Shown here in pieces: positions 13,090-27,259 of a stretch of DNA of 64,000 nt; within the stretch, counting starts at the first letter, position 1, and the number at the start of each line of letters is the position of its first letter. Position numbers and translations under genes: made by a program. Source of the stretch: Eledone cirrhosa (lineage: Eukaryota); the NCBI GenBank assembly GCA_964016885.1, contig OZ024760.1, positions 12,338,001 through 12,402,000 of the forward strand, in the 5' to 3' direction. Below the pieces are notes generated by a model. That model did no database searches and was not told the origin of the DNA. It was given only the letters and a program-made list of their open reading frames with translations.

Positions 13090-16000
13090 CGCCCCCTACT
13101 ATCACCAACACCAACACTATCAACAGCTACATCAACACCACCACCACCAACACCACAACCAATACTATCACCAACACCACCACCAACACTATCAACAGCT
13201 ACATCAACACCACCACCACCAACACCACAACCAATACTATCACCACCACCAACACTATCAACAGCTACATCAACACCACCACCACCAACACCACAACCAA
13301 TACTATCACCAACACCACCACCAACACTATCAACAGCTACATCAACACCACCACCACCAACACCACAACCAATACTATCACCAACACCACCACCAACACT
13401 ATCAACAGCTACATCAACACCACCACCACCAACACCACAACCAATACTATCACCAACACCACCACCAACACTATCAACAGCTACATCAACACCACCACCA
13501 CCAACACCACAACCAATACTATCACCAACACCACCACCAACACTATCAACAGCTACATCAACACCACCACCACCAACACCACAACCAATACTATCACCAA
13601 CACCAACACTATCAACAGCTACATCAACACCACCACCACCAACACCACAACCAATACTATCACCAACACCACCACCAACACTATCAACAGCTACATCAAC
13701 ACCACCACCACCAACACCACAACCAATACTATCACCAACACCACCACCAACACTATCAACAGCTACATCAACACCACCACCACCAACACCACAACCAATA
13801 CTATCACCAACACCACCACCAACACTATCAACAGCTACATCAACACCACCACCACCAACACCACAACCAATACTATCACCAACACCACCGCCAACACTAT
13901 CAACAGCTACATCAACACCACCACCACCAACACCACAACCAATACTATCACCAACACCACCGCCAACACTATCAACAGCTACATCAACACCACCACCACC
14001 AACACCACAACCAATACTATCACCAACACCACCGCCAACACTATCAACAGCTACATCAACACCACCACCACCAACACCACAACCAATACTATCACCAACA
14101 CCAACACTATCAACAGCTACATCAACACCACCACCACCAACACCACAACCAATACTATCACCAACACCACCACCAACACTATCAACAGCTACATCAACAC
14201 CACCACCACCAACACCACAACCAATACTATCACCAACACCACCACCAACACTATCAACAGCTACATCAACACCACCACCACCAACACCACAACCAATACT
14301 ATCACCAACACCACCACCAACACTATCAACAGCTACATCAACACCACCACCACCAACACCACAACCAATACTATCACCAACACCACCGCCAACACTATCA
14401 ACAGCTACATCAACACCACCACCACCAACACCACAACCAATACTATCACCAACACCACCACCAACACTATCAACAGCTACATCAACACCACCACCACCAA
14501 CACCACAACCAATACTATCACCAACACCACCGCCAACACTATCAACAGCTACATCAACACCACCACCACCAACACCACAACCAATACTATCACCAACACC
14601 ACCACCAACACTATCAACAGCTACATCAACACCACCACCACCAACACCACAACCAATACTATCACCAACACCACCACCAACACTATCAACAGCTACATCA
14701 ACACCACCACCACCAACACCACAACCAATACTATCACCAACACCAACACCAACACTATCAACAGCTACATCAACACCACCACCACCAACACCACAACCAA
14801 TACTATCACCAACACCAACACTATCAACAGCTACATCAACACCACCACCACCAACACCACAACCAATACTATCACCAACACCACCACCAACACTATCAAC
14901 AGCTACATCAACACCACCACCACCAACACCACAACCAATACTATCACCAACACCACCACCAACACTATCAACAGCTACATCAACACCACCACCACCAACA
15001 CCACAACCAATACTATCACCAACACCACCACCAACACTATCAACAGCTACATCAACACCACCACCACCAACACCACAACCAATACTATCACCAACACCAC
15101 CGCCAACACTATCAACAGCTACATCAACACCACCACCACAACCAATACTATCACCAACACCACCGCCAACACTATCAACAGCTACATCAACACCACCACC
15201 ACCAACACCACAACCAATACTATCACCAACACCACCACCAACACTATCAACAGCTACATCAACACCACCACCACCAACACCACAACCAATACTATCACCA
15301 ACACCACCACCAACACTATCAACAGCTACATCAACACCACCACCACCAACACCACAACCAATACTATCACCAACACCAACACTATCAACAGCTACATCAA
15401 CACCACCACCACCAACACCACAACCAATACTATCACCAACACCACCACCAACACTATCAACAGCTACATCAACACCACCACCACCAACACCACAACCAAT
15501 ACTATCACCAACACCACCACCAACACTATCAACAGCTACATCAACACCACCACCACCAACACCACAACCAATACTATCACCAACACCACCACCAACACTA
15601 TCAACAGCTACATCAACACCACCACCACCAACACCACAACCAATACTATCACCACCACCACCGCCAACACTATCAACAGCTACATCAACACCACCACCAC
15701 CAACACCACAACCAATACTATCACCACCACCACCACCAACACTATCAACAGCTACATCAACACCACCACCACCAACACCACAACCAATACTATCACCACC
15801 ACCACCACCAACACTATCAACAGCTACATCAACACCACCACAACCAATACTATCACCACCACCACCACCAACACTATCAACAGCTACATCAACACCACCA
15901 CCATCAACACCACAACCAATACTATCACCACCACCACCACCAACACTATCAACAGCTACATCAACACCACCACCACCAACACCACAACCAATACTATCAC

Positions 16001-16595
16001 CACCACCACCACCAACACTATCAACAGCTACATCAACACCACCACCATCAACACCACAACCAATACTATCACCACCACCACCACCAACACTATCAACAGC
16101 TACATCAACACCACCACCACCAACACCACAACCAATACTATCACCACCACCACCACCAACACTATCAACAGCTACATCAACACCACCACCAACACTATCA
16201 ACAGCTACATCAACACCACCACCACCACCATCAACAGCTACATCAACACCACCACCACCACCATCAACAGCTACATCAACACCACCACCACCACCATCAA
16301 CAGCTACATCAACACCACCACCACCACCATCAACAGCTACATCAACACCACCACCACCACCATCAACAGCTACATCAACACCACCACCAACACCATCAAC
16401 AGCTACATCAACACCACCACCACCACCATCAACACCACAACCAATACTATCACCACCACCACCACCAACACTATCAACACCACCACCACCACCATCAACA
16501 CCACCACCACCACCATCAACAGCTACATCAACACCACCACCACCACCACCACCACCACCACCACCACCATCAACACCACCAACACCACCATCAAC
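13090..16595. repeat. ~60-bp ACC-rich minisatellite (54-60-bp variants; 30-bp subunits at the right end)
   Basis: Unit caacactatcaacagctacatcaacaccaccaccaccaacaccacaaccaatactatcaccaacaccac; produces the 1184-aa Gly/Val ORF. Confidence 0.95.
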
Positions 16596-16903
16596 ATCTC
16601 CCACCTTTCCCTTCTCTCTCTCTGACACAACCTCTCACACAGTTGTGTGTAAAACCACAAATTATACTAACCCCCCCCCCCATGATATTTATCCTTTTCA
16701 AACGAAAGATAAACAGAATTTCAATCTAATTATCCACAGGCCAATTAATTAACTATGTGTCAATTAATTACTAAGTGTCAATTAACTGACACTTACACCC
16801 AGCTCCCAAATAATAGAGGGGTGGGGTGGAATAAGCAGGGGTGGCGGATTTGGAAAATTTTCTAGGTTGTTGATTTAAAAAAAACAACTATATATATACA
16901 TAT

Positions 16904-16999
<96 letters not shown>

Positions 17000-17340
17000 G
17001 TATGAATGAAGTAATTCCGTCGGAAAGGTGCAGGAAAAAAGAGTGCTCTATGTAGCTAACAGAGCTTAATAGTTATGTAATAAACAACATAAGGGAATTA
17101 TTTCATTTACCAGTGGTTTCTTAAAAGCAAACAAATTTTGCTTTCAATCATCAGAATGAAAAAATCCTGATGTATTTGGCATTGGATTTTAAAAACAAAA
17201 ATATAATCTATATATATATATACATATATATAATCTATATATACATATATATAAACAAGTATTGCACCATCCTATTTATTTTATAACATGAGGGATTTCC
17301 AGTAATGTACTTTTGTTTTCATGTATAATGTTTGTTAATG

Positions 17341-18385
17341 TTAACCCATTAGCATTTAAACCGGCCATATCCGGCCAGAATTTTCTCACCTTTTTCTGTT
17401 CAAACCAGCCATAACTGGTTGCTCATACCAAAGTTAAGGTATTGTTCTCAAAATAAACAACATCTAAATCTCATAGCTTTGATATTATGTGAGATAATTA
17501 TGTGAGGTAAAGCTTTTACCGTGAAAATATAATAGTAAATATAGAGTAATGTAAATGTTATGTGAGGTAAAGCCTTTACTGTGAAAATACAGTAGTATAT
17601 ATAGAGTAATGTAAATGTTATGTGAGGTAAAGCCTTTACTGTGAAAATACAATAGTATATATAGAGTAATGTAAATATTATGTGAGGTAAAGCTTTTACT
17701 GTGAAAATACAATAGTATATATAGAGTAATGTAAATGTTATGTGAGGTAAAGCCTTTACTGTGAAAATACAATAGTATATATAGAGTAATGTAAATGTTA
17801 TGTGAGATATTATGTGAGGTAAAGCTTTTACTGTGAAAATACAATAGTATATATAGAGTAATGTAAATGTTATGTGAGATATTATGTGAGGTAAAGCTTT
17901 TACTGTGAAAATACAATAGTATATATAGAGTAATGTAAATGTTATGTGAGGTAAAGCCTTTACTGTGAAAATACAATAGTATATATAGAATAATCTGAAT
18001 GTTATGTGAGGTAAAGCCTTTACTGTGAAAATACAATAGTATATATAGAGTAATGTGAATGTTATGTGAGGTAAAGCCTTTACTGTGAAAATACAATAGT
18101 ATATATAGAATAATGTGAATATTATGTGAGGTAAAGCCTTTACTGTGAAAATACAATAGTATATATAGAATAATGTGAATATTATGTGAGGTAAAGCCTT
18201 TACTGTGAAAATACAATAGTATATATAGAGTAATGTAAATGTTATGTGAGATATTATGTGAGATAAAGCCTTTACTGTGAAAATACAATAGTATATATAG
18301 AATAATGTGAATATTATGTGAGGTAAAGCCTTTACTGTGAAAATACAATAGTAAATATAGAGTAATGTAAATGCTAAAGGGTTAG
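17341..18385 (+). mobile_element. piggyBac-like MITE, family 1, with an internal 60/72-bp tandem array
   Basis: TTAA|CCCATTAGCATTTA … TAAATGCTAAAGGG|TTAG terminal inverted repeats; internal array at ~17500-18370. Confidence 0.75.
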
Positions 18386-19038
18386 TGTACAAAGAAAATT
18401 AACTGTTGCAGGAATTCTACCACTTAAAATAAAATTTCACCGGAGATAGAGTAACAAAATTTAATAATTGAGGTGTGTGGCTGGAATAAGAACGGGGTAG
18501 GGTTGGAAAAAATGATTAAGTGTGTGTGTATGTGGAGAGGCGGAGGGTGATGGGTGGGGGGGCATTATTCGAGACCCAAGAGTAGTACTTTGGGAATATC
18601 TTCTCATTAAGGTCGAAATAATATTTTTAAAATTCTCTATTTCAGTTCTGGAATTAAGGTTAGTTTTTTTTTTCTTTCTCTGGCTAAATGTCACCACACA
18701 CCCTAACGAGGAGGGGGAGGGGAGGAGGAAATTACAGGAGAAACCTATTTAACTGACCCCTCCACCACCACCATGACTAACACCTACACCACCACCAACA
18801 TCTCCCCAAAATACCAACAACAACAACATCAACACCATCACCATCTCGCACACACATCACTTGTTTAACCCATGCTGGCACAGAAAGAAAGATGGGATGA
18901 TGGTGATGGTGGTGGTGTTCGAGATTTCAGTGGCGGTTGTGGTGAAGGTGGCGTCAGCGGTGTTTTTTAGTGGTAGTTGCTTCAGTAGTGGTATGGCAGG
19001 AATGAAGGGAGATGTGAGAAGGGTTTATCGTATCTTAC

Positions 19039-19171
19039 CTTTCTGTAATTCCACAGGAAACACATTCATTCGATCGACTCTTTTTTCCAGCTCATATTCA
19101 GCTGAAGCAGCGACTGGGTCAACGTCTTCGTTCCGTCGGTCGTATTCAAATGTAGCCCACGTTGAAAACAC
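19039..19171 (-). CDS. PPP1R9: Neurabin/spinophilin exon ([44 protein letters not shown])
   Basis: Near-identical to the conserved neurabin [21 protein letters not shown] block; ttttcag| and |gtaaga; 133 bp, phase 0 to 1. Confidence 0.96.
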
Positions 19172-19317
19172 CTGAAAAAACACAATATAAACAAAATTAG
19201 ACCCTTTAACCCTTTAGTTACCAGCCTGGCCAAAACAGCCCTGGTTCTATGAAATAAAACTTCCTATTTTAAAGGTTTCCAATTTAAATTAAAATCTTCC
19301 ATCATAATTTTATATTA

Positions 19318-19510
19318 TAATAATTGTTTCTACTTTAGGCACAAGGCCAGCAATTACCTCAGTATGTTACTGGTACTTTATTTTATCAACCTCGTAAGGA
19401 TGAAAGGCAAAGTTAACCTCGGCGGGATTTGAACTCAGAGTAAAGGGGCATAACTCTATGCTGCAAAGCATAACGTCCAGCCCTCTACCGATACTGCCAA
19501 TCCTCCACTA
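19318..19510 (-). mobile_element. tRNA-like SINE, family B (GCCTTTCATCCTTACGGGGTCGATAAAATAAAGTACCAG core)
   Basis: Same element at 24335-24700 (two copies), 30660-30760, 34097-34283, 43154-43345, 45630-46075 and 46520-46640; B-box GAGTTCAAATCC. Confidence 0.8.
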
Positions 19511-20165
19511 TAATAATATTAATAATAATGAAATTATTGGGTACAGTGCTCAGGTGCACTACAACTCATCAAAGGTGCATGTATAGTACATAGAATAATG
19601 TTCAAATATCAGGAAAATGAACAGTGTACGAGTCATGAAATACATGGGTGCGTGTTGTATGGAGCAGTGACCTTACATTAAGTTACTATCCTAGTAATGA
19701 AATCATCATCATCATTTAACGTCCATTTAATGCTGGCATGGGTTAGACGAGTTACTCTCTTGTGAGCAAAGCTAGGTCAGGTGACAATGAAATCACTCCA
19801 ACATAATTTTATAAGAACCTTACATTAAGTTTCTATCCTAGTAATGAAATAATTAATAATTTTAGTAAGTCCCTTGAAATTCTTCATCAATTAATTAAAA
19901 TAGAGTTTATTTCATTAGAAATATGGTAATGAGAGGATCCACCATACATTATATACAAAATAAGACCCTAAAAACGCAACAAACAAAACAGATCCCTTTA
20001 ATATTATTAATCTATGAAAAAAAAACCCCAACAAAAAAAATCGAACATATTTAGATATGACGAAATGATTTCTAGTATAGACACAGGGCCAGTAATTTGT
20101 TAAAGGCTTCATCAAATTTCCACACTACAGATAAATAATCTAAATAATAGAGCATATAAGACCCC

Positions 20166-20370
20166 TTAACCCTTTAGCATTTAAACCGGCCATATCTGGC
20201 CAGAATTCTCTCACCTCTTTCTGTTCAAACTGGTCATAACCAGCCTCTCATACTGATGTTAAGGTATTGTTCTCAAAATAAATAATATCAAAATCTCATA
20301 GATTTGATATTATGTGAGGTAAAGCCTTTACCACAAACATACAATAGTATATATAGAGAAATGTAAATGT
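20166..20370 (+). mobile_element. piggyBac-like MITE family 1, truncated copy with a single internal unit
   Basis: TTAACCCTTTAGCATTTAAACCGGCC start shared with 17341 and 23270. Confidence 0.7.
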
Positions 20371-20627
20371 GAGATATTGGAGTCTCAGATGATCTCACAC
20401 ACTTTATCATTATTCAAAATAGATCTAAGGGAGATAATTCAACCAAGCTGTTTTTGGTTTTTATTAAAGAACTTGAAATAAGGAATTGCTTTTAAATAAC
20501 AAAAACCCCCCAAAAAAGGACATGGTTTTCTGGTAAAAGTTTCAGACCACTGGCATTTTCTGGCACTTCTTAAACCCAGCTTCTCCTTCTCCCAATTCTG
20601 CCCAAACCCCAGAAATTATCAACTTAC

Positions 20628-20749
20628 TTTGATCGGTTCACGACTGAACTTCACTTTCGATATTTTGATACTTTCCTCCTCATCAGAACTGAGACCTTCC
20701 ATCAGGTCAAATTCGTAGTCCTCTCCTTGGCTGTCATGTTGGGAACCTC
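20628..20749 (-). CDS. PPP1R9: Neurabin/spinophilin exon with acidic patch and RVxF-type PP1-binding motif (…EGLSSDEEESIKISKVKFSREPIK)
   Basis: tttacag| and |gtaagt; 122 bp, phase 1 to 0; KVKFSREPIK corresponds to neurabin [10 protein letters not shown]. Confidence 0.92.
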
Positions 20750-20773
20750 CTGTAAACACACAAATACAACAAT

Positions 20774-21374
20774 TTAACCATTTCATTACCATACCACTTG
20801 AAACTGCCCCTGGTTCTACGACATAAAATTATTATTAAGCTAGGCTCTATACAATAACTTAACCTTTTCTTTACTGAACTACCCGAAACTGCTCCTGGTT
20901 TTATGATATAAAATAACTGTTAAACTAGGTTCTACTCAAATACAACAACAATTTAACCCTTTCTTTACCAAACCTCTTGAAACTGCCGCTGGTTTTATGA
21001 TACAAAATAATTGTTAAGCTAGGCTCTACACAAATATACAACACTAACCTTTTCACTACCAAACCACATGAAACCACCCCTGGTTCTAGTATAAAAAATA
21101 ATTATTATGCTAAGCTCTACCCTAACCCTTTCATTACCAAACCACCTGAAGTGGCCCCTGGTTTTATGATACAAAATTGTTAAGCTAGGTTCCATACAAT
21201 TTAACCTTTTCATTTCCAAACCACCTGAAGCGGCCCCTGGTTTTATTGTACCCCGTCTATCATCCACAACCCCCCCCCCCCCCTTCTCAAGTTAGTTTCC
21301 TTGATTATTTTCAAAAAGCCATTTAAACACCTGAGCTGTGTATTTCATTAGAAATATGGTAACAAAAGGGTTAA
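20774..21374 (+). mobile_element. piggyBac-like MITE, family 2, with a tandemly reiterated 5' end
   Basis: TTAACC(C)TTTCATTACCA…GAAACTGCCCCTGGTT repeated about 6 times; ends TATGGTAACAAAAGGG|TTAA. Related pieces at 19205, 22008, 48790-48862 (minus) and 59819. Confidence 0.65.
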
Positions 21375-21883
21375 TACTGGCTGTAAACTGACAAGTGGAC
21401 ATTGTACTGAAAAACTCAACAGGTTACATGTGCAGTCAGATGTAGTGGTCAGTGGAGGGCTAAAGTGCAGGTCAGTTATATTTGTTGGTCAGTTAAATAT
21501 ATGTTGGCTACATGTACAGGGTTAGGTGTGATGGTCAGTTTAATGATGGTAGTGATGGCGGTGGTACTAATGGTGTTGGTGGTGGAGGTGATGATAGTAG
21601 TGATAGTGGTGGGGGTATAACTAGTGGTGGCAGTGTCTATAGTGATAATGGTAGTGGTGATGGTGACGATAGTCATGATAACAATGGTGGTGGTAGTGGT
21701 AGCAGTGGTGTTGGTGGTGGTAGTGGTGGTGGTGGCAGTGGTAGTAGTGGTGGTGGTGCAGGCAGTGGTACCACCGATAACTGCTAATTAACAATGGTGC
21801 TAATTAATAATAAAAGGAAGAAGGGCTGGCAGTTAAATTAATTAGTCTAGACTGTATCCTCAAATACCCTACTACACACTCAC

Positions 21884-21973
21884 CGCCTTGCCTAACACCA
21901 CTTCCTTCCGTACACTTCCACTTTCCTCCGGAACCTTCTTCATTTTCAGGGAAGATCCTGGCTTCTTTACAAC
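21884..21973 (-). CDS. PPP1R9: Candidate 90-bp symmetric (phase 1-1) cassette exon (GCKEARIFPENEEGSGGKWKCTEGSGVRQG)
   Basis: gttgcag| acceptor, G|gtgagt donor, open in the required frame, length divisible by 3. No homology recognised. Confidence 0.6.
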
Positions 21974-22119
21974 CTGCAACAGTCAAAGAAGGCTATGGAT
22001 TCACTTCTTTAACCTTTTTTTGATACTAAACCATTTGAAACTGCCCCTGGTTCTATGATAGAAAACTGTTTATTTAACCTTTTTGATACTAAACCACTTG
22101 AAACTGAACCCTGGTTCTA

Positions 22120-22945
22120 TAACACAAAACTGTATACTTTAATACCAAACCACACAAAACTGTATACTTTAATACCAAACCACACAAAACTGTATACTTT
22201 AATACCAAACCACACAAAACTGTATACTTTAATACCAAACTACACAAAACTGTATACTTTAATACCAAACCACACAAAACTGTATACTTTAATACCAAAC
22301 CACACAAAACTGTATACTTTAATACCAAACCACACAAAACTGTATACTTTAATACCAAACCACACAAAACTGTATACTTTAATACCAAACCACACAAAAC
22401 TGTATACTTTAATACCAAACCACACAAAACTGTATACTTTAATACCAAACCACACAAAACTGTATACTTTAACACCAAACCACACAAAACTGTATACTTT
22501 AATACCAAACCACACAAAACTGTATACTTTAATACCAAACCACACAAAACTGTATACTTTAATACCAAACCACACAAAACTGTATACTTTAATACCAAAC
22601 CACACAAAACTGTATACTTTAATACCAAACCACACAAAACTGTATACTTTAATACCAAACCACACAAAACTGTATACTTTAATACCAAACCACACAAAAC
22701 TGTATACTTTAATACCAAACCACACAAAACTATATACTTTAATACCAAACCACACAAAACTATATACTTTAATACCAAACCACACAAAACTATATACTTT
22801 AATACCAAACCACACAAAACTATATACTTTAATACCAAACCACACAAAACTATATACTTTAATACCAAACCACACAAAACTATATACTTTAATACCAAAC
22901 CACACAAAACTGTATACTTTAATACCAAACCACACAAAACTATAT
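22120..22945. repeat. 30-bp minisatellite (cacacaaaactgtatactttaataccaaac), ~27 copies, embedded in MITE family 2 sequence
   Basis: Near-perfect periodicity; flanked by family-2 end sequence. Confidence 0.95.
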
Positions 22946-23024
22946 ATTTTGAACTTTTTTATATCAACTACTTGAAACTGTCTCTGGTTGTATGAGAGAG
23001 AGAGAGATGTAGAGCAGTACTTAC

Positions 23025-23146
23025 CAGATATAGAATTGTCATCTATAATCCTGTCAGGTTCTTCATGACCATCACCTTGTTCTCTCTGAGCAAGGAGTTG
23101 TGCCACTTCCTGAGCTTCCTCATCACTCAGTATACAGCCTGGTGAA
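23025..23146 (-). CDS. PPP1R9: Neurabin/spinophilin exon (SPGCILSDEEAQEVAQLLAQREQGDGHEEPDRIIDDNSIS)
   Basis: tatttcag| acceptor and |gtaagt donor; 122 bp, phase 2 in and phase 1 out, which matches both neighbours; LSDEEAQEV resembles invertebrate spinophilins. Confidence 0.85.
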
Positions 23147-23269
23147 CTGAAATACACAACAACAATGTTTTAACTTTTGACCCTTCATCATTTAAACCAG
23201 TCATATACAGCCAGAATTCTCTTACCTCTTTCTGTTCAAACTAGTCTTAACCAGCTGTTCATACTGACG

Positions 23270-24218
23270 TTAACCTTTTATCATTTAAACCGGCCATATC
23301 CGGCCAGAATTTTCTCACCTTTTTCTGCTCAAACCAGCCATAACTGGTTGCTCATACCAAAGTTAAGGTATTGTTCTCAAAATAAATAATATCAAAATCT
23401 CATAGCTTCGATATTATGTGAGATAATTATGTGAAATAAAGTGTTGACCATGAAAATACAATAGTATATATAGAGTAATGCAAATGTTATGTGAGGTATT
23501 ATGTAAGGTAAAGCCTTTACTGTGAAAATACAATAGTATATATAGAGTAATGTAAATGTTATGTGAGATATTATGTAAGGTAAAGCCTTTACTGTGAAAA
23601 TACAATAGTATATATAAAGTAATGTAAATGTTATGTGAGATATTATGTGAGGTAAAGCCTTTACTGTGAAAATACAATAGTAGATATAAAGTAATGTAAA
23701 TGTTATGTGAGATATTATGTAAGGTAAAGCCTTTACTGTGAAAATACAATAGTAGATATAAAGTAATGTAAATGTTATGTGAGATATTATGTGAGGTAAA
23801 GCCTTTACTGTGAAAATACAATAGTAGATATAAAGTAATGTAAATGTTATGTGAGATATTATGTGAGGTAAAGCCTTTACTGTGAAAATACAATAGTAGA
23901 TATAAAGTAATGTAAATGTTATGTGAGATATTATGTAAGGTAAAGCCTTTACTGTGAAAATACAATAGTAGATATAAAGTAATGTAAATGTTATGTGAGA
24001 TATTATGTGAGGTAAAGCCTTTACTGTGAAAATACAATAGTAGATATAAAGTAATGTAAATGTTATGTGAGATATTATGTAAGGTAAAGCCTTTACTGTG
24101 AAAATACAATAGTATATATAGAGTAATGTAAATGTTATGCGAGGTATTATGTGAGATAAAGCCTTTACTGTGAAAATACAATAGTAGATATAAAGTAATG
24201 TAAATGTTAAAGGGTTAA
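23270..24218 (+). mobile_element. piggyBac-like MITE family 1 with an internal 72-bp tandem array
   Basis: TTAA|CCTTTTATCATTTA … TAAATGTTAAAGGG|TTAA; preceded by a partial copy at 23178-23270. Confidence 0.78.
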
Positions 24219-24334
24219 CCCTTTCATGACCAGATTACTTATCAAATAAACTCTATTACAGTTAATTTTTGAAGAATTTTGAGGGATTTATTGAAATTAT
24301 TAATTATTTCATTACTAAAATCGGAGCTTTCTTC

Positions 24335-24702
24335 TGTATCGGTAGGGGTCGGACGCCATGCTTCGACGGCCCTTTCCGTTCTGAGTTCAAATCCCGCCGA
24401 GGTTAACTTTGCCTTTCATCCTTACGGGGTCGATAAAATAAAGTACCAGTAATGTACTGGGATATAATTGCTGGCCTTGTGCCAAAAGTAGAAACAATTA
24501 TTTTTAATGGTGGGTTTGGCAGTATTGGTAGAGGGCTGGACACCATGCATTGCAGCATAGAGTTACGCCCCTTTATGATCTGAGTTCAGATCCCGCCGAA
24601 GTAAACTTTGCCTTTCATCCTTACGGGGGTCGATAAAATAAAGTACCAGTAATGCACTGGGATATAATTGCTGGCCTTGTGCCAAAAGGAGAAACAATTA
24701 TT
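24335..24702 (+). mobile_element. Two tandem copies of SINE family B
   Basis: The repeated GAGTTCA(A/G)ATCCCGCCGA…GTACCAG…GAAACAATTA block. Confidence 0.8.
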
Positions 24703-25620
24703 CTCTACAACTATATTCCCATGAACCATAAGAGTTTATACCAGTTCTATCAACACCTACTGTAACATTACACCACGGCCTTCTTACAGCAGCAACAACA
24801 ACAACAGCAGCAACTGAATATGTGATGAATGGTTGTCAACTTTAATGTGATGACAAGTCTGACATCATCATCATAATCAACACCCACCCATCACCGCCAC
24901 CATCACCATCATCGCAACAATCAACACCACCACCATCATCGCAACAATCAACACCACCACCATCATCACTACCACCACTACCACCATCACCACCATCATC
25001 ACAACAATCAACACAACCACCATCATCACCACCACCACTACCACCATCACCACAACAATCAACACCACCACCATCATCACTACCACCACCACCATCATCA
25101 CAACAATCAACACCACCAACACCATCACTACCACCACTACCACCATAACAATCAACACCACCACCATCATCACTACCACCACCACCATCATCACAACAAT
25201 CAACACCACCACCACCACCACTACCACCACTACCACCATCACCACAATCAACACCACCACCACCACCACTACCACCATCACCACAATCAACACCACCACC
25301 ATCACCATCATCACAACAATCAACACCACCACCACCATCACTACCACCACTACCACCATCACCACAATCAACACCACCACCATCACCATCACCACAACAA
25401 TCAACACCACCACCACCATCACTACCACCACTACCACCATCACCATCACCACCATCAACACAACTACCACCATCACCACCACTACCATCATCATCATCAT
25501 CACAACCATCTATCTTTATATATACATGTTTATCAACATCAGTGTGTGCATATGCATGTGTGTGTGTCTGCAACTCTGCACCTGCATGTGTATGTACATG
25601 TGTGTATCTGTGTGTGTATG

Positions 25621-25662
<42 letters not shown>

Positions 25663-26048
25663 TGTGTGTATGTATATATATATATATATGCGTGTGTGTG
25701 TGTATGTATGTGTGTGTATATATGTGTAAGTGCATATCTGTCTGTGTGTGTTTATGTATGTGTATATATGTATGTATATGTGTATCTGGGTATGTGTGTG
25801 TATGTATATATATATATATATATATGTGTATGCGTGTGTGTGTGTATGTGTAAGTGCATATCTGTCTGTGTGTGTTTATGTATGTGTATATATGTATGTA
25901 TATGTGTATCTGGGTATGTGTGTGTATGTATATATATATATATATGTGTATGCGTGTGTGTGTGTATGTGTAAGTGCATATCTGTCTGTGTGTGTTTATG
26001 TATGTGTATATATGCATGTATGTATATGTGTATCTGGGTGTGTGTGTG

Positions 26049-26083
<35 letters not shown>

Positions 26084-26484
26084 ATGCGTGTGTGTGTATA
26101 TGTGTAAGTGCATATCTGTCTGTGTGTGTTTATGTATGTGTATATGTGTATGTATGTATGTGTGTATCTGGGTATGTGTGATACTCCACCACCCCAAGCA
26201 GCTGGCCCCTATAGTAGTGCCAACAGAAACGTAAACACAGAACCATGGATTATATTTAGCAACAGAACCAGGAACTGGTCTGGGGGTGGCCGTGGTGGGG
26301 GTGTGGTGGAGGTATCACTTCATACTTTGGTGTGAGAGGGGGGTAGGGGTGGGGACTGACTAACATTTCATAGTTTAACCCTCTCCCTACTAACTTTTCC
26401 TAAAACTGACCCCGATTTTATCATCCAAGGTTCTCCTCTTAACCCCTCCAACAACAACCAGCACAAGTCTGGCTTTCCATAAAC

Positions 26485-26518
<34 letters not shown>

Positions 26519-26776
26519 CTTCTTGCTATTTCAAGTGTTAACCTAATATATTCCTTCCTTATACTGTCCTGATTGTGTTATTTTTGTTTACCATTTACAT
26601 ACATATATACACACATATATATATATATATCTATATCATCATCATCATCATCATCGTTTTACGTCCGTTCTTCCACGCTAGCATGGGTTAGACGGGCCGT
26701 CCTGTTGTGGGCAGTGGCTGGTCGGCTGACCATGTCTTGCTCATACAGGAACTGATTTGGCTTGCTTTCTACAGCT

Positions 26777-26812
<36 letters not shown>

Positions 26813-26957
26813 CGTTTCTGAATTTGTTTAGCAAGATTCTTTATCTGAAATCGTGTGTTGAAACCGATATTGTTATACTTTGGGAGGGTCATGTTGCCAA
26901 TATGACAATATTATTGGCAACATGACCCTCCCAAAGTATAACAATATATATATATAC

Positions 26958-27000
<43 letters not shown>

Positions 27001-27214
27001 ATCATTTAACGTCTATCTTCCACGCTAGCATGGGTTAGACGGGAATTGTTCCTTTCGAGGCAAGATTGGTCGGGTGACCGTGTCTCGCTCGTATAGGACT
27101 ATCTGGCAGGTATTCTAAGGGTGGGTGCCCTTCCTAACACCAACGACATTTGCAGTGTGGACTGGGAGCTTTTTACCGTGTTACCTACACGACCACATTA
27201 CAACGTGGACTGTG

Positions 27215-27259
<45 letters not shown>

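Noticed and set aside
13074-16628. 1184-aa Gly/Val-rich protein
   Set aside because: Intronic minisatellite built from ACC triplets; neurabin exons either side splice in phase without it.
22055-23024. Long repeat ORFs, including read-through of the 23146-23025 exon
   Set aside because: 30-bp satellite; the real exon ends at a consensus gtaagt donor.
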